Under the pieces are notes generated by a model. It had not been told where the DNA came from and ran no database searches. It saw only the letters and a program-made list of their open reading frames with translations. DNA of 64,000 bases from an uncultured Pseudomonadota bacterium (GTDB taxonomy: Bacteria; Pseudomonadota; Alphaproteobacteria; JACZXZ01): positions 512,001 to 576,000 of the forward strand of contig CAVVLJ010000016.1 in assembly GCA_963749075.1 (NCBI GenBank). The letters run 5' to 3'. The translations under genes were made by a program, and so were the position numbers. This document shows positions 61,759-64,000 of the stretch, piece by piece (the first letter of the stretch is position 1; the number at the start of each line of letters is the position of its first letter).

Positions 61759-62955
61759 CTACTTCATCTTGCTCGCACCAACCTCCTCGTCCCATTTGTG
61801 GAAGGCGACGACGAGGTCGTTGCCGAAGAGCGGCGCCACGGTCGGGTACTTCTTGATGAGCGCGTCATATCCGGGCCGGCCGAACTCCTTGAGCGTCTCC
61901 TGGCTCTCCTTGGGCGCCATCGAGACGGGCACGCCCTTCATCGCGGGCCCGGGATAGAAATAGCCCGCGTCATAGGCGAAGGCCTGCTGCTGGGGCTTGA
62001 GCACGAAGGCGATGAGATCGAGGGCGACGGCGAGCTTGGCCCCGGTGACGCCCTTGGGGATCGCCATATACTGGGCGTCCGCCACCCAGCGGAAGCCCGC
62101 CGGGCCGGAGAGAATCGTCGTCTCCGCCGACTTCGGCACGGTGCCGAGGGCGCGCGGGTTGATGTCCCAGCCGATGGTCGAGGCGATGATGTCGCGCGAG
62201 CCCTCGCCGAGCTCCTTCATCGTCACCCCCGTGCCGCTGGGATAATACTCGATGCAGCTGTTGAGCTCTTTGAGATAGGCCCAGGTCTTGGCCCAGCCGT
62301 TGACCGGATCGCGCGGGTTGCTGTCGCCGAGCAGATAGGGCAGCCCCTGGAGGAAGGTGCGGCCGGGGCCCGAGTTGGCGGGACGCGCGTAGAAGAAGCG
62401 GTTGGGATGCGCCTTGCACCAGGCAAGCAGCGCCTCGGTCGTCTTGGGCACGTCCTTGACGCGCTCCGGCGCGTATTCGAGGAGCGGGCCCGAGGGCGTG
62501 TAGACGTTCTCGATGGCGTCGCCCTCGGTCGGCTTCTGCATGACGTCGGCGCCGGGGACGTAGTTCGCCATCAGGCCGGGAAACTTCGCCGCATAGTCGG
62601 GCAGTATCTTCGTCCACAGATGCTGCTCGATGCCGGCGGAGATGCCGTCGGTGCCGCTCAGCACCAGCTCGATGTCCATGCGGCCGGCGTCCTGCATCGC
62701 CTTGAGCTTGGCCGGCAGCTCGGGCGCCGGAGCCTGGGTAAAGGTGAACCGCGAGACGAGCTCGGGATGGGCCGTGCGATAGGCCTCGATCGCCTTCTGC
62801 ATGAGGGCGAGCTGGCCCGCCACGTCGATGATGTTGATGACCACCGGCGACTTGGGCAGCGCCGGCATCTCGGCCGCGTAAACCGGACGCGGTGCTCCGG
62901 CAAGGAGCGCCGTAGCGAACGCCGCGGCGACAAGACACTTCGCAAAGCTTCTCAT
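61759..62955 (-). CDS. ABC substrate-binding protein (PotD/SBP_bac_8-like)
   Basis: Signal peptide; YARPANSGPGRTF; GWDINPRALG. Confidence 0.88.
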   Translation of the reverse strand: MRSFAKCLVAAAFATALLAGAPRPVYAAEMPALPKSPVVINIIDVAGQLALMQKAIEAYRTAHPELVSRFTFTQAPAPELPAKLKAMQDAGRMDIELVLSGTDGISAGIEQHLWTKILPDYAAKFPGLMANYVPGADVMQKPTEGDAIENVYTPSGPLLEYAPERVKDVPKTTEALLAWCKAHPNRFFYARPANSGPGRTFLQGLPYLLGDSNPRDPVNGWAKTWAYLKELNSCIEYYPSGTGVTMKELGEGSRDIIASTIGWDINPRALGTVPKSAETTILSGPAGFRWVADAQYMAIPKGVTGAKLAVALDLIAFVLKPQQQAFAYDAGYFYPGPAMKGVPVSMAPKESQETLKEFGRPGYDALIKKYPTVAPLFGNDLVVAFHKWDEEVGASKMK

Positions 62956-62988
62956 GGTTTCCTCCCTATGAACGCATGTGTCGGACGC

Positions 62989-63090
62989 ACCCCCCACCCC
63001 AACCCTCCCCCTCAAGGGGGGAGGGGGTTCTTTTAGTGAGACGCCTGACCTTTTCCCTCCCCCCTTGAGGGGGAGGGTAGGGTGGGGGGT
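62989..63090. repeat. Inverted pair of REP-like elements (REPIN/BIME-like)
   Basis: CCCCACCCCAACCCTCCCCCTCAAGGGGGGAGGG ... CCCTCCCCCCTTGAGGGGGAGGGTAGGGTGGGG. Confidence 0.8.
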
Positions 63091-63122
63091 ATGAAGGGCG
63101 TCACTCATTCTCGATCGGGCTC

Positions 63123-64000
63123 TCACAGTTTATAGGCCTTCTTGACGAGGCGGTAGGCGAGATCGACGGCGACCTCGCGTGCCTCGTCCTCGGCGAGCCG
63201 GTGGTCGGCCACGAGCCCGGCGAGATAGGAGCAATCGACGCGGCGGGCCACGTCGTGGCGCGCCGGGATCGAGAGGAAGGCGCGCGTGTCGTCGTTGAAG
63301 CCGACCGTGTTGTAGAAGCCGGCCGTCTCGGTCACCGCCTCGCGGTAGCGCCGCATGCCCTCCGGGCTGTCGTAGAACCACCAGGCGGGCCCGAGCCTGA
63401 GCGCGGGGTAGACGCCTGCAAGCGGCGCCAGCTCGCGCGAATAGGCCGATTCGTCCAGGGTGAAGAGGATGAGGGTGAGGCCGGGCGCGTCGCCGTATTT
63501 GTCGAGGAGGGGGCGGAGTGCGCGCACGTAATCGGTCGGCGTCGGAATGTCGAAGCCCTTGTCGCGGCCGAAGCGGCGGTGCACGGACGTGCTGTGATTG
63601 CGCAGCGAGCCCGGATGGAGCTGCATGACGAGCCCGTCCTCGATGCTCATGCGCGCCATCTCGGTGAGCATCTGGGCGCGGAAGAGCTCGGCGTCCGCGG
63701 GCGATGCCGGACCGCGCCGCACCTTGCGGTAAAGTGCCTCGGCCTCGGCGCGCGTGAGATCGGCGCTGCCCGCCGTGGGATGGCCGTGGTCGGTCGAGGT
63801 GGCGCCCATGGCGGCGAAATAGCGCCGGCGCTCCATGAGCGCCTCGAGATAGCCGTGCCAGCTCCCGGTATCGCGGCCGGTGATCTCGCCGAGCCGGTCC
63901 AGGTTCTCGGCAAAGCCGTCGAAGGCGGGGTCCACCACTGGATCGGGGCGATACGCGGTCAGCACGCGGCCGCGCCAGTTGCTCGCGCGCAGCGTCCGGT
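63123..64000 (-). CDS. uxaC: Glucuronate (uronate) isomerase, 5' end outside window
   Basis: STDHGH, MQLHPGS, LGPAWWFYDS, GFNDDTRAFLSIPARHD, LVKKAYKL. Confidence 0.93.
   Translation of the reverse strand, partial: RTLRASNWRGRVLTAYRPDPVVDPAFDGFAENLDRLGEITGRDTGSWHGYLEALMERRRYFAAMGATSTDHGHPTAGSADLTRAEAEALYRKVRRGPASPADAELFRAQMLTEMARMSIEDGLVMQLHPGSLRNHSTSVHRRFGRDKGFDIPTPTDYVRALRPLLDKYGDAPGLTLILFTLDESAYSRELAPLAGVYPALRLGPAWWFYDSPEGMRRYREAVTETAGFYNTVGFNDDTRAFLSIPARHDVARRVDCSYLAGLVADHRLAEDEAREVAVDLAYRLVKKAYKL

Noticed and set aside
52899-63090. CRISPR array from recurring palindromes
   Set aside because: The repeats are dispersed singly or as inverted pairs, with no regular repeat-spacer period and no cas genes.

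Overview
High-GC bacterial chromosomal window, most likely an alphaproteobacterium (gene content and intergenic palindrome families). 1-7190 is the end of a phage-like tail/lysis block: two tail-fibre/chaperone pairs, a methyltransferase + glycosyltransferase insert, and a lysis cassette with an embedded class 3 lipase and a spanin pair. The rest is metabolic and regulatory: a Mo-hydroxylase/ThDP/cupin/amidohydrolase catabolic cluster of unknown substrate; a FecR-OmpA-CHASE2/PP2C-MBL-STAS-RsbW signalling module; ppc; a nitrogen cluster pairing a TrtA-like triuret hydrolase and allophanate hydrolase with FdrA/YlbE/YlbF-like transcarbamoylase genes and carbamate kinase; hpaD; a patatin; an M20 hydrolase; a gamma-glutamyltransferase; hrpB; and a uxaC/manD hexuronate operon. 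Nine genes carry +1 frameshifts that can all be repaired by removing a duplicated A (or T) inside GANTC, GACGTC or AGATCT palindromes, which suggests methylation-linked read errors rather than pseudogenes. No tRNA, rRNA, CRISPR array, integrase or transposase was recognised. All family calls come from motif recognition by eye; no database search was run.
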